Source: Octopus vulgaris (Eukaryota). Taken from it: 64,000 nt of DNA. Positions 1 to 18,593 of the stretch are shown piece by piece (the stretch's first letter is position 1; each line of letters begins with the position of its first letter). Made by a program: the position numbers and the translations under genes. Where the stretch lies: positions 15,438,001-15,502,000 of the forward strand of contig OX597841.1 in assembly GCA_951406725.2 (NCBI GenBank), given 5' to 3'. Under the pieces are notes generated by a model. That model was given only the letters and a program-made list of their open reading frames with translations, had not been told where the DNA came from and made no database searches.

Positions 1-1
1 G

Positions 2-619
2 TTTTAGTTTGGTGATGGTAGGGTCGGGACAAGGCACGACGGTCAGGCGGTAGTAGATGACGGACACGATGTACCTGTTCGCCACCTCCACCCGACCTTT
101 TAGGGACAGTTTCTTCTCGGCCCATTGCCGGGCGGCAGTGACCACCCTACTCGTTATCTCGTTCCAGTTCTTCTCCATTTGGAGGTCCGGACCAAACCAG
201 ACCCCGAACAACTCGACCGGTCTGTCGGTCCAGCGTCCCACGACGGAGGCACTGGTGGACGGCATAGGCTTGCTTCTCCAGGTGCCGAGTCGCAAGCCCA
301 CTAACTTTTTCGGGTTGATTTTCGCTCCTGTCACCGCTTCGTAGTCTTTCAGTGTCTCGCCGACACGCTCGATATGCTCGTGGCTAGACACTATGACGGT
401 GACGTCGTCCGCGTATGCAGACACGCTCGTCCCGCATCCCAATTCTCGCGGGATGCCCCTCAGAGTTTCAAGCTTCCGCAGTAGTGGCTCGAGAGTCAAT
501 ACGTAGAGAAGCGACGAGAGGAGGCATCCCTGACGGACCGAACGTGCTATGTCGAAAGGTCTCCATAGATGTCCATTTACGCGATTTACCGAACGGATAC
601 CTCTGTACAAAGCGGCTAT
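2..619 (-). mobile_element. Non-LTR retrotransposon (L1/Tx1-like) reverse transcriptase fragment, 5'-truncated, continues off the window start
   Basis: Hand translation of the minus strand from 619 gives ~206 stop-free codons: IAALYRGIRSVNRVNGHL...SVRQGCLLSSLLYVLTLEPLLRKL...VSAYADDVTVIV...YEAVTGAKINPKK...LFGVWFGP...W..KKLSLKGRVEVANRYIVSVIYYRL. YADD is at 404-415. The QG.PLSP-like, GAKIN and LSLKGR motifs are typical of L1/Tx1 RTs. The ORF track misses it because it runs off the edge. Confidence 0.92.
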
Positions 620-1192
<573 letters not shown>

Positions 1193-1689
1193 TAGCGAAA
1201 GAGAGACACATATGTTCCTTTCCGTGTATAAAAACAATTTTATTGTTCAAACAAACGGCCCTACTCGAGACCCATCTGCTCGGTTTTTCGATGTTAATCA
1301 AACCACTCCAGCGCCCCCGCCCCTAGCCCCATGTGTCGTTACCACGCAACCCGGGGTAGAATGTAGATAATTAGCCCAACACCACCCGAAGAAACGATAG
1401 CGAGAGGTGAGGGAAGAGAGAAAGAGAGAGAGAGGAGGAGGGGAAATGAGGAAAGGAGAACAACAGGGTAGACGGGTGGAAGAGGGGGGTGCGGGAGGGT
1501 GGGGGCTCGGTGTTTGTGTGTGTGTATGTGTGTGCAGGGAGGGCGGCGGGTGGGAAGCTGGGTGTGTCTGTTAATTATTATGATCTGATGAACGTATAAC
1601 TTCTTTTTTTTTCTGTTGGGGTTTTTGTTTCATAAAAAAGAGGAGAAACGAGAAAAACCAACGGGAACAATAACTGCATTAATACCCCC

Positions 1690-1816
1690 CCAACACCAAC
1701 ACCAACACCACCACCACCACCACCACCACTGTCGCCGACACCACTACGACTACTACTACCACCACCACCGCCACTACTACTACTATTACTACTACTACTA
1801 TTACTACTACTACTAT

Positions 1817-1852
<36 letters not shown>

Positions 1853-2012
1853 CACTACAACCACCACTACTACTACCACCACCACCACCACCACCACCAC
1901 TACCACCAACACCCCCGCCGCCACTACTAGTACCACTACTACCCCCACCACTACCACCACTACTACTACTACTACTACAACTACTACTACTACTACCGTC
2001 CTCACCACCACC

Positions 2013-2074
<62 letters not shown>

Positions 2075-2303
2075 CAAAGCTATACAGAAACTGCAGCTGC
2101 TGCTACCCCGATTACTACTACTACCACTGCTATTGCTGGTACTACTACTGTTACTGTTAGTACTACCACCACAACCGGTACCACCAATACCACCAACACC
2201 ACCACAGTAATCACCACCATCACCGCCTCCACCACCTTCTTTTCCTCTCCACTACTACCTAAACCACCACCACGATCACTAAATGCAACAGCAACAACGG
2301 CAA

Positions 2304-2383
<80 letters not shown>
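1690..2383. repeat. Compound trinucleotide array (CAC/TAC, then GTA/GCA)
   Basis: Directly visible. Confidence 0.95.
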
Positions 2384-2385
<2 letters not shown>

Positions 2386-2821
2386 GGTTAGTTAACTTTG
2401 TACGGGTCCTCCTCAACTTGTGTGAAATAGGGGCCACTTCGCCCTCAAATCCCACAACATGTTTTGGGACGCAGTAATGAAGTACTGGAGAGATTGCAGA
2501 TAGACAAAAACGCAGGCGAGATGGTCATCGCTGGAATGTCTTTCATCATAGGTCTGCTGGGTGAGAGCTGACCTGAGGCTGTCAATCATTATCATCATCA
2601 TCATCACCATCGTCATCGTCATCGTCGTTGTCGTCGTGTCTGTGTTTGTCACGCATCACTGCTTGAGAACCGATGTTGGTGTGTTTATGTCCCTGTAACT
2701 TAGCGCTTCGCAAAAGAGATCGATAGAATAAGGTCCAGACATTAGGAAAAAAAAAACAGCAAGTACTCTGGTTGATTTGTACGACTTATGTGTGTATGTG
2801 TGTGAGCCTGTGTATATATGT

Positions 2822-3518
2822 ATTTCTTTACTGCCCACAAGGGGCTAAAAATAGAGGGAACAAACAAGGACAGACAAACGGATTAAGTCGATTACATCGA
2901 CTCCAGTGCGTAACTGGTACTTAATTGATCGATGGGGCAGCGAGCTGGCAGAACCGTTAGAACGCCGGGCGAAATGCTTAGCAGTATTTCGTCTGCCATT
3001 ACGTTCTGAGTTCAAATTCCGCCGAGGTCGACTTTGCCTTTCATCCGTTCGAGGTCGATAAATTAAGTACCAGTTACGCACTGAGGTCGATATAATCGAC
3101 TTAATACCTATGTCTGTCCTTGTTTGTCCCCTCGGTGTTTAGCCCCTTCTGGGTAATAAAGAAATAGGTATTTCGTCTGTTGTTACGTTCTGAGTTCAAA
3201 TTCCGCCGAGGTCGACTTTGCCTTTCATCCTTTCGAGATCGATAAATTAAGTACCAGTTACGCACTGGGGTCGAGGTAATCGACTTAATCCGTTTCTCTG
3301 TCCTTGTTTGTCCTCTCTGTGTTTAGCCCCTTGTGGGTAGTAAAGAAATAGGTATTTCGTCTGTTGTTACGTTCTGAGTTCAAATTCCGCCGAGGTCGAC
3401 TTTGCCTTTCATCCTTTCAGGGTCGATAAATTAAGTACCAGTTACGCACTGGGGTCAATATAATCGACTTAAATGATCGATCCCGAAAGGATGAAAGGCA
3501 AAGTCAACCACGGCGGAA
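2822..3518 (+). mobile_element. SINE family A: + strand tandem trimer (2934-3466) inserted into a - strand copy of the same family
   Basis: tRNA-like head GGCAGCGAGCTGGCAGAA...GAGTTCAAATTCC. 184-bp units start at 2983, 3167 and 3351. Flanking duplication ACTTAATTGATCGAT (2919-2933) / ACTTAAATGATCGAT (3467-3481). The minus-strand halves are at 2822-2931 and 3474-3518. Confidence 0.85.
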
Positions 3519-3730
3519 TATTTGCATGTGTTTAAACCCCTTTTTCAGACTGGGCATCCAGACATTACGTCCTTTCATATTTCGGTAATTATCGCCTGTC
3601 TGTTCTCCCATAGTATACAGGGTAATCAGAACGTGACCGACTAACCGCGAATCAACCAGCTGTGACATCATCACTGACGAAATGAAGTGTATCGCAAACC
3701 ACCTGCCCCCCTCCCACCTTCCGACACACG

Positions 3731-3744
3731 CCACCAGATGGCGG
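3731..3744 (+). promoter_or_regulatory. CTCF-type motif in a CpG-rich unique island
   Basis: CCACCAGATGGCGG fits the core consensus CCASYAGRKGGCRS exactly. Confidence 0.5.
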
Positions 3745-4107
3745 GCGCACTTATTGTGACAGAAGGGTTTCGTGTCACACCGACCCCCACCGTACGGTTT
3801 GTTGAAAGCGGTCGCGTCATATTTCTGTGGTTGACGTGCCCGTCTTTCAAATACGGAGTTACACACGCACACACACACACACACACAAGCACACATATGT
3901 ATGTATGTATGTACGTATATATATACATATATTTATTTATGTATATACATATATATAATTATATATATATATGTATATATATATATATACATATACTTAT
4001 ACACATAAATATATATACATATATATCTACTTGTATATATACATATAGATATATGTATATATATAAGTAGATATATATGTATATATATTTATGTGTATAA
4101 GTATATG

Positions 4108-4140
<33 letters not shown>

Positions 4141-4211
4141 GTATATATATAGATATATACATATATATGCATATAACGTATATATACATATATATTTATA
4201 CATATATTTAT

Positions 4212-4303
<92 letters not shown>

Positions 4304-4324
4304 ATGTATGTATGTATAAACACA

Positions 4325-4880
4325 AATGAGTGGTACAACAAGGCGTCAATATTTACTGGAAATAGCAGTCGATACAAATACGGCGCTAATGTAAAGCTTC
4401 ACTGCGTATATACTGGCAAAGACTTGTGTGAGCAACAAACATGAAAAATTTGTCTTACCTCTAGGAAGAACATTCGATAAATGGACAACCTCGAATCAGA
4501 TAATGCAGTACCTAGGTTTCAGACTCTTCAAATACTTTTGTCAACGTAAATCTGATAGGTTTTCATCAGCTGCATTTACCTAGAAAATATTTCAATTGTT
4601 GCCACACCAATACCTGTATTCTCGCCTGAACGCCTAGCCATTAACAGAACGAGAACAGATAAAAAGTTTTCAATGAAAAATAATATTGCAATACAAATGT
4701 ATCACTTCCCAGTAAAATAAAGCCCCATAAGGGTAGAAGTATACATACAAAGACAGATAAGTGGTACAACGAGGCACCAATATTTGCTGGAAAATGCGTA
4801 TATACTGGTTATACTGGCAAAGACGTGTGTGAGCAGCAAACATGAAAAATTTGTCTTACCTCTAGGAAGAACATTCGATA
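4325..4880 (-). mobile_element. Penelope-like pLTR fragment with partial direct repeat, between (TA)n tracts
   Basis: 4329-4478 is repeated with a deletion at 4760-4880; a hammerhead motif lies between the two copies. Confidence 0.55.
4502..4576 (-). ncRNA. Type I hammerhead ribozyme motif
   Basis: Minus strand: AATGCAG-CTGATGA-(imperfect stem II)-GAAA-CCTAGG-TA-CTGCATT. 7-bp stem I, palindromic stem III ACCTAGGT, GUA cleavage triplet. Confidence 0.75.
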
Positions 4881-4901
4881 TATGCATATATATATATATA
4901 C

Positions 4902-5011
<110 letters not shown>

Positions 5012-5101
5012 AAATATATATATATATATATACATACATATATATATATATATGTATGTATATATATATATGTGTGTGCATGTATACATATGTATGTATA
5101 A

Positions 5102-5169
<68 letters not shown>

Positions 5170-5235
5170 TATATATTTTTTTTTCTCTCCCTTTTTTCTC
5201 TCCTTGTTTCTCTCCTTGTATTTTTTTTCTGTGTA

Positions 5236-5273
5236 TCTTTCTGTCGAAGAGCGTAGGCTCGAAACGTAAAAGA
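5236..5273 (+). ncRNA. Minimal hammerhead variant (core CUGUCGA) within a Penelope-like repeat (~5170-5370)
   Basis: TCTTT-CTGTCGA-A-GAGC-GTAG-GCTC-GAAA-CG-TA-AAAGA. Near-identical copy at 38957. Confidence 0.6.
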
Positions 5274-5951
5274 CTTGTTCTATTTCTATTCCTGAGCGCC
5301 ATACTAATACATTTGTTTGTTTGTACTCCACCTGCCTTCGTCTTTTGTTTATTTTCGTAAACCTTCCCGTGGACAAACGAAAGAAATGCACTTAATATAG
5401 TTATTGAGAGTTAAATGTATGGATGAGAACAGTCCAGTAACTTAGCGGTTCAGCAAAAGAGACCGATAAAATAAGTACCATCGCTTAAAAAGAAGAACAG
5501 TACTGGGTTCGGCCCTCTCGACTAAAATTCTTGAAGGTAGTGCCCCAGCATGGCCGCAGTATAATGACTGAAACAAGTAAAAGAATGACAGAATAAACAA
5601 GCAAAAAAATTAACTACCAGAGTTGATAGTCTAATTATTCGGTTAAAGCCCTTGAAGGCGGTGCTCCAGTATGGCCGCATTCCAATGGCAGGAAAATAGA
5701 AGGCTTTACCTCTGTCTGACCGGCTTCTAAGATAGAGTCTGTTCATCTAATTTCACGCAGGAAGCTCGGGTCGACACAGGGTTATAGGAGAGAAAATGGC
5801 GTTTACACAAGATGTCGTCCATTAAGATCAAAAACGGGATTTTGGGAATGGCGGCAGAAATTGTCGTCCATTCGCTTATTATTACTGAAGGGGGAAAAAA
5901 AACACGAAATATTGTGTGGGTAAATACACACGTACAAACATACGTGCATAT

Positions 5952-6271
<320 letters not shown>

Positions 6272-6975
6272 GCATATATATACATATATATATATATACG
6301 CATATATATACATATACATATATATATATATATATATACACTCACAAGATAAACACAGACATACACACAGACACACACATGCTCATATGCACACACACAC
6401 ACGCACACACACACATATATATATATATACACACACACAGTCGGAAATGTACCACAACACACGCATACACACAGATGTGTGTACAGCAAACGAACGTATA
6501 TACAAAGACACACATAAACATACATGGATATGTATATATATATTTATATAACAAAAGGTGAAAACAGATAACTATATAAACATATACACACCCACGCATT
6601 TATATCTATATATAATATATATATGTATGTATGCATGTATGTATTTATACAGGTGTGTGTGCGTGTGTCTGTGGGAGTGTGTATATATATATTTGAGTGT
6701 GTGTGTATAGATAGATAAATAGATAGATAGACAGATATATTCATACATACACACTCGTATATAAATACATACATATACACATACACACACACATATACAA
6801 ATATTCTATACACACACACACATATATATATATATATACAATCATACAAATGTACATACATACATATACGCATTCATAAAACGCACAGACATACATATAA
6901 ATACTTACATACACATACTCACACGCACACGCATATACACAAGCATACATACACACAGATGCATACAAACGCATT

Positions 6976-7012
<37 letters not shown>

Positions 7013-7269
7013 ATCCAGGTACGCACGTACGCACACGTATAACTCCACCGACAGATGGAGGAAGGCCAGCGAAATGCGTGTGTCACAGACAGTCGGGGTG
7101 GGGACGGCGATGGGGTGGGTGGGGGCGCGGGTTACGCGGGGTATAAGGTGGGAGTGGGGTGGTGGGAGGGAGGGAGTGTGCAGGGGCGGGGCGGGCGGGA
7201 TGGTGTCTCGATTTTATTAATGCATTTCCGGTTGGAATGTCATGTACCAGTGCCGCCTCCATCACTGAC

Positions 7270-7600
7270 ACCGGCGTCACCACCGCCTCCACCACCACCA
7301 CCACTACCACCACTACTACTACTATCGCCACCACAACCACCACCACCACAACCACCACCACCAACACCAACACCGCCACCACCACTACCACCACTACTAC
7401 TACTATCGCCACCACAACTACCACCACCACAACCACCACCACAACCACCATCACCACAGCCACCACCACCAACACCACCACCGCCACCACCACTACCGCC
7501 ACCACCACCACCATTACCACTACCACCACCACCACCACCACCACCACTACCACCACCACTACTACTACTGCTACTACTACTACTACTACTACTACTACCA
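7270..7600. repeat. (ACC/ACT)n array with an internal ~80-bp duplication
   Basis: CTACTACTACTATCGCCACCACAAC occurs twice (~7313 and ~7394). Confidence 0.9.
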
Positions 7601-7602
7601 CT

Positions 7603-8138
7603 GCCCTGTTGCAGTACCAGAAAGTGGCTCTCATGGCTCCTGATCTTAACTGATTGGAAGTTTGGTCTTGGTATAAAAGATGGCCTACAGCAAATATTCT
7701 GCTCAATACCACAGATTTGCTTGTCAGTTGTTTGACCTTAACCAGTGGAGCATGTCCCTTAGTTGCTGACGATATGTGCATCTCTGATCACGAGCAGAAG
7801 TAGTGGGGGAGCATCATAGCCATGTGTTGGGGGGATTCTTTGGGGTTTGAATAATTCACCTCTGGAAACATGGGTGGTTCTTTCAACATCCTTAAACAAC
7901 CCTTATTCAGGGACCGTTTGAGCGGGATGGGTTACTCAACCAGAAGAAAATTCTAACTGGGCCCCACCTGCAAGGTCATGTGCTGTTTATCTTGATATGA
8001 GATCACCATGTCACACACATATGGTTGTGATGCATGTGCCTGGTGTACCCTTATCAGACGGGTAGTCATGATGGGTATACTGGGCTTCGTATATTTTACC
8101 CCAGCGTCACTTTGATGGCATGCACTGCTCTCTCACTC
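7603..8138. mobile_element. Probable interspersed repeat abutting the (AAT)n array (possibly from a TAA-targeting R4/Dong-type element)
   Basis: Complex ~535-bp non-coding block between two microsatellites, ending exactly at ...CTCTCACTC|AATAAT. The family assignment is from memory and inference only. Confidence 0.4.
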
Positions 8139-11205
<3,067 letters not shown>

Positions 11206-11211
11206 TAACAC

Positions 11212-11370
11212 AGACGTTCTGAGTTCCAATTCTACCGAGGCCGTCTTTGCCTTTCATCGTTCGGGGTCGATAAAATAAGGACCAGTTGAGCCCTGCGGTC
11301 GAAGGAATAGAGTAATCACCCCCGCCCACACCCCGAAATTGGCGCTCATGTGCCAAAATTTGAAAATATT
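11212..11370 (+). mobile_element. SINE family A fragment with an alternative 3' end
   Basis: ACGTTCTGAGTTCCAATTCTACCGAGG..TTTGCCTTTCATC..GGGGTCGATAAAATAAG matches 3000-3070. Confidence 0.75.
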
Positions 11371-11371
11371 T

Positions 11372-12121
<750 letters not shown>

Positions 12122-12380
12122 AAAACAATACTTACCAAAAGCAAGTACTTGCTACCAACGCCACCGATAACAACAACACACGTCAATAACACCAACATCA
12201 TTATCATCAGGTACAATTTCCACCATGAGCACCACTACCGCCGCCGCCACCGCCGTCACCACCCTCATCTGTCGCCACCGCCGCCGCTTCTACAATTGCT
12301 ACTAAAACCACCTAGAACAATGATGGCTGCCAAGCATAATACGATATAGCGCCACCAGAGAAGGAAAGAGAGAGAGAAAC

Positions 12381-12451
<71 letters not shown>

Positions 12452-12519
12452 GGATAGATGGATAGATGGATAGATAGGTAGCGAGGGGGGAGGGAGGGAA
12501 AGAGAGAGAGTGAGAGAGC

Positions 12520-12630
12520 GATGGAGGTGACACCTCGCGGAAATATGTCAGTGGAATGATTGGATGTCAAAATGGCGCTGCGCAAATGTATGGCGTCTGG
12601 AGAGTAGGAAAAAACCGGAAGTTCTATTAT
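12520..12630. promoter_or_regulatory. Promoter/enhancer-like motif cluster
   Basis: TGATTGG (CCAAT box, 12557-12563), CAAAATGGCG (YY1, 12568-12577) and ACCGGAAGT (ETS, 12614-12622) within ~70 bp, flanked by GA repeats. Confidence 0.4.
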
Positions 12631-13179
12631 CTGTCTGTCTATTTGTCGGTAGAGAGAGAGAGAGAGAGAGACAGACAGGTATTTCCCACTCTCCGTCTCT
12701 CTTTCTTTCCTTCTCTCTCTGCTCTTTTTAATTGTTTTTTTTTTCTTTGTTTCTTTGTTAGTGTTCCGACGTTTGTTTATTCCTATATAGTTTTTTTTTT
12801 GTGTGTGTACTGTTTTTTAGTATCTGCCAATGTGTATCTATGTGTAAACGTGCATATATACATACACATTGGTAGTACGGCGGTGCTACAGTATGACCGC
12901 ATCTGCATGGTTAAAAGACATAAAACAATTGAAATATCTATCCATCTGTCTATCTATCTGTCCGTCCCACTGTCTGTCTGTATGTATGTCAATATTCAGT
13001 TTTATTTCAAGATTTCTTGCCAATAGGGAAAGGACCGGTTTCTAACCCAAATCCAAGTCTCCTTCATTGCAATTTCAACATCAACAACAGGGTATATATG
13101 TATGTATGTTTGTATGTATGTATGAATGTATGTATGTATGTATGTATGTATGTATGTATGTATGTATATACGTCTGCGT

Positions 13180-13870
13180 GCGTTTTGCCAGCTGAATGGA
13201 CTGAAATAAAGTGTCTGGCTCAAGGATCTAACGCCTTGCCAGGAATCGAAATCATGACTTCACGATCGGGAGTCGAATACCTTAACCACTCAAGGCACGC
13301 GGCTCTATTTCTTCGGGCAGGTGGCTGAGTACTCCACAGACACGTGTACCCTTAACATAGTTCTGAGGGTGATTCAGCGTGACACAGGATGTGACATGGC
13401 CGGCCCCCTTTGTATTACAGGTACAATTCCTTTTTGCCAGTCGAGTGGACTGGAGCAATGTGAAATAAAGTGTCTTGTTCAAGGACAGAGTGCACCGCCC
13501 GGGGATCGAACACACGGCCTTATGATAATGAGGCAAATACCATAGTCACTAAGTCAAGGGCATTTACAAAAACTGGTACTCCGTCGGTCACGACGAGGAT
13601 TGTTGCAGTTGTTCCGATCAACAGAACAGCATGCTCGCAAAATTGACGTGCATGTGGCTGCGTATTCCACAGACACGCAGACCTTTAACATAGTTCTGGG
13701 GTAGATTTAGCGTGGCACAGAGTGTGACTTGGCTGAGCCCTTTTTAATTACAGGTACAATTCAATTTTTGCCAGTTGATTGGACTGGAGCAACGTGAAAT
13801 AAAGTGTCTTGCTCACGGCCACAAAGCGTCGACAGGAATCGAACTCACACCCGTACGACCATCAGCCGAA
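13180..13870 (-). mobile_element. Three stacked fragments of a SINE (family D) that shares its 3' tail with family C
   Basis: GAAATAAAGTGTCTTGCTCA..GG....GGAATCGAA recurs at ~13203, 13462 and 13797. The tail GTGGCTGAGTACTCCACAGACACGTGTACCCTTAAC matches 22750-22790. Confidence 0.75.
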
Positions 13871-14079
13871 AGCACTAACATTCACGTACACAAACATTCA
13901 TCTGTTTATAAACATATTACCACTTTTCTTCATCACCTCTCCAAGCAGGCAACACGGCTATTTACGATTCCATACTGTCGTCTGCTCCAGTGAATGTCGG
14001 CGGCAGACATTTTATAAGTTTTCCAGATTCTATTAAAATTGTTAGTTTTGTATTTCTTCGTTGTTTACAGAATTTATCC

Positions 14080-14227
<148 letters not shown>

Positions 14228-14541
14228 CTCTCTATATATCTGTCTGTCTGTCTGTCTGCCTGTCTAACTACATGTATCTCTTTATCTAAGTCTCTATCAC
14301 TATGTATATACAAACATACACTCTCTCTCACACACAAACACACACACACACACACACACACACGGATACACAGGTATATGATAGCATATACTCCAATATA
14401 CATACGTGTATACATATGTATGTATGTATGTATGTATGTATATACATAAACATACATACATGCATATATATGTGTGTGTGTATACATATATATATATATA
14501 TATATACATATATATATGTATACATACGCAAACATATATAC

Positions 14542-14583
<42 letters not shown>

Positions 14584-14757
14584 ACACATTTCTATTTAAA
14601 ATATGATTTTCTTTCCTTCTGTTTTATGCCAGAGGCTGTGTTCGGTTGAATCGCTCGGGTTTTGAAATAGTTTTCGCTTTCCGCGTTTTTAACCGAATCT
14701 TTCAGGTCAAACAGGCAAATCTTTACGAAACTCTCAAATAACCGCTCTCCTCATCAC

Positions 14758-14833
<76 letters not shown>

Positions 14834-14879
14834 CACAAACACACATATACACATATATTGTTTGTGCGTGTGTGTGTAT

Positions 14880-15045
14880 GCCGCCATGCTGCAGCATTGC
14901 CTTTAGTTGAACAAATAGACCCCAGGACTTATTCCTTGTAAGCCTAGTACTTATTCTATCGTATACTTTTGCCGAAACGCTAAGTTGAGGGGACGTAAAC
15001 ACCCAAGCAGCGGCTGTCAAGCAATGTTGGGGGGGGGGCCAAACA
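14880..15045 (-). mobile_element. SINE family B, 3' half
   Basis: Reverse complement of 36120-36270. Confidence 0.8.
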
Positions 15046-15064
15046 TATACATCCACATACAGAC

Positions 15065-15116
<52 letters not shown>

Positions 15117-15304
15117 TTGTGTTGTGTGTGTGTGTGTGTGTGTGTACTTTCATGAATGCATACATACATATATACACACACATATATATATATATGTATA
15201 TGTATATATATATATGTATATGTATAAATATATATGTGTGTGTATGTATTTTCATGAATGCATACATACATATGTGTGTGTGTGTTTATGTCTATATGCA
15301 TGTG

Positions 15305-15352
<48 letters not shown>

Positions 15353-15354
15353 TA

Positions 15355-15416
<62 letters not shown>

Positions 15417-15538
15417 CATATTTTTTTTTTTTTTTTTTTTTTTGTACTTGTTTCATATATATGGAGCATATATACAGCAGGGATCACCACCATCCCCTGC
15501 CGGATAGCTTTTATAAACACACACAACGCCCGGTCTGG

Positions 15539-15594
<56 letters not shown>

Positions 15595-16215
15595 ATATAT
15601 ATATACTCAGACCACACACCACACACACTCTCACATTCACATGTCTCTCTATACATGTAAAATGAAACCACGATATACGTTTCCTATAAACACGGCTGGA
15701 ATCGCCGTCGTAGTTTGCATCTTGTTTTGTCTTATCAGCCTTGGTTGCACACAGGCACGAGACACATTATCTCTCACACTGAGATCGAGTTGAAACGCGA
15801 CCGCTGATGTAACAACATCTCTACTACAAGTCTTCACTTTCTTCATACTAAGGACGCCAATCTTTGTAATTATCTACATGGCTTCCTACACAAAGGAAGG
15901 AATATGTTTGGGTTTTCTTAGCCTCTGCTTGTGTCGCTTTTTCTGTCTGTTTATCGTTTTCCCTGGCTCTCATCCTCCACACATCGTTTCGGTTCACTTC
16001 CCACCCTACTGTCTCACTTTATTTCGATTCCTCACGCACACACACCAAATGGCAATTAAGATGATCTCCCCTGGAGAAAGGGGAGATAATTTCAACAGAG
16101 TCAACATTTCTCCAAAAGTACATGCCCTGAAAAGGCGATGGTTAAACTTATTGTCTACCAATAAAAGGAATTTCGTAAACATCTTATAACATACACACAC
16201 ATACGTATACAAGTG

Positions 16216-16313
<98 letters not shown>

Positions 16314-16388
16314 CATATATGAGAAGATGGAAATGCCAACACAATTCAAATATTTTTAATATATTTTAAAGGATAAAATAATATGATA

Positions 16389-16420
16389 GTCTACCGGTTT
16401 CACGTTTCGCTAATCATGAC
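16389..16420 (-). ncRNA. Degenerate minimal hammerhead motif
   Basis: Minus strand: GTC-ATGATTA-GCG-AAA-CGT-GAAA-CCGG-TA-GAC. The stems and palindromic stem III are intact; the core has two substitutions. Confidence 0.4.
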
Positions 16421-16489
16421 AGAAATTGCTGAGAATATTGCAATTTATTATATATATATATATATATACGTACATGTATACAGAGGAGT

Positions 16490-16529
<40 letters not shown>

Positions 16530-16636
16530 AAATAAAAACTACTTAAATAGATAAATACATAGATAGGTAGACTGACGGATAGATAGCTAGCTAGATAGAT
16601 AGATTGATTGATAGATAGATAGACAGACAGACAGAC

Positions 16637-16680
<44 letters not shown>

Positions 16681-16692
16681 GGACAGATAGAT

Positions 16693-16733
<41 letters not shown>

Positions 16734-16849
16734 TACAACTAGATACATACATTTCAGAGAGAAAGAGAGAGAGACAGAGAAAGAAAGAAAGATAGAAAGC
16801 TTGACTGAAAGAGAAAAATATACGGGTTTCAAATAGATAATTAGAAATG

Positions 16850-17155
16850 GGAAGAAGAAGAAGAAGAAGAAGAAGAAGAAAAGGAGGAGGAGGAGAAGAA
16901 GGAGAACAAGAAGAAGAAGAAGAAGAAGAAGAAGAAGAAGAAGAAGAAGAAAGAAGAAAACGAGAAAGAAGAAGAAGAAGAAAAGGAGGAGGAGGAGAAG
17001 AAGGAGAACAAGAAGAAGAAGAAGAAGAAGAAGAAGAAGAAGAGAAGAAGAAGAAGAAGAAGAAAAAGAAGAAGAAGAAGAAGAAGAAGAAGAAGAAGAA
17101 GAAGAAGAAGAAGAAGAAGAAGAAGAAGAAGAAGAAGAAGAAGAAGAAGAAGAAA
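16850..17155. repeat. (AAG)n array with a ~102-bp higher-order duplication
   Basis: AAAAGGAGGAGGAGGAGAAGAAGGAGAACAAG occurs at ~16879 and ~16981. Confidence 0.95.
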
Positions 17156-17284
17156 TGAATGGGGCGAAGAAAAACAACATCAACAAGAAGGAACACATGG
17201 AGTGAGGGGGAGAAAGGGGTGCAATGGAGACGGAAGGATAGGGGGGGGGTAGAGAGAGAGGAAAGAGAGAGAAAGAGAGGAGGT

Positions 17285-17590
17285 AAAGCTTGGTGGCCAC
17301 TTCTGGGTCCGTAACCCAATTCTGGCTTTCCTGGACGGTTGCCAGGAAATTTGATTGGCATTTTGCGCTGTCACGTGACACGTGACTACCGAGCGAACAG
17401 ATTTATTGAAAAACATGGACGTGCATGATGGCGGCAGTGGTGGTGGTGGTGGTGGGGGGTGAGGTTGGAGGGATGGGGGTTAGGGGAGGCAGTGGTTGGA
17501 GTTTTCCGCAGTGAGCAAAATGGTGGACATGATAGTTCGACTGCTGCTGCTGCTGCTCCGGCCTTTAATTCTACAAAATGACGTCACAAT
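17285..17590. promoter_or_regulatory. Regulatory-like island: overlapping E-boxes, CCAAT, YY1-like and CRE motifs
   Basis: GTCACGTGACACGTGAC (17370-17386), TGATTGG (17352-17358), GATGGCGGC (~17428), TGACGTCA (17579-17586). Confidence 0.45.
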
Positions 17591-17608
17591 ATATAGGGGT
17601 AGGATGGT

Positions 17609-17646
<38 letters not shown>

Positions 17647-18410
17647 GGTGGTGGTGAGAGGTGAGGCAGTGTGAGTTTCTCAACATCGCGCTGTCAGTCG
17701 TCTTATTGTTGCTGTTGTTTATTTTGATGACGATGACGATGACGATGATGATGATGATGATGGTGTTGATGTTGAGTGGGTAGGTGGGGGGGAGGTCGGA
17801 GGAGACTCAGTCAAAAGGAGAAAGGATGACGATGATAATCTTGACCATGATGCTGATGTCGATGTTAATGATAGTGATGATGATGAGGAGGAGGAGGAGG
17901 ACGACGAGGAGGCTGATGATGATGACAATGATGATGGTGGTGATGATGATAATGACCATGATGGTGGTGATTATGATGGTTTAAAATGCGGCTGTTGCTG
18001 CAGCTGATGACGATGATGATGATGATGATGATTAGGAGGAGGAGTAGGAGAAACAGAAGGGGGAAGAAACGGAGGACGATAGTGATGAAGAAGATGGCGG
18101 TGGTGTGTGGTCGTGGTGATGATTTTGATAACGTTGATGATTGTGTTCATAGCGATAGTGATGGTGATGATGATGTTGACGGCGACGACAACGACGACGG
18201 CGGCGATAGAAATAATAATAAAGTCATTGTGGTGATGGTGATGTAGACGAAGATTATGATGATGATGAGGAGGAGGAGGAGGAGGAGGAGGAGGAGGAAG
18301 ATGAGGATGAGGAGGAGAGGAAGGGCTGATATAATGTTGATGATAGTTATGATATTGGCGAAGGTGAAGGTGTCCGTGATGATAGTGATGAAGTAGATGA
18401 TATTACTCAA

Positions 18411-18462
<52 letters not shown>

Positions 18463-18593
18463 TGTGTGTGTGTGTGTGTGACTGTTATCTGTGTGTCTTA
18501 ATCTTACATCCTTTTCCCCAGCCATGTTTTCTTCCTCCCTGTCACAAATTGCCTAATAACTATATCCATTGATTGTTGACTTCCCTCCGTCAA

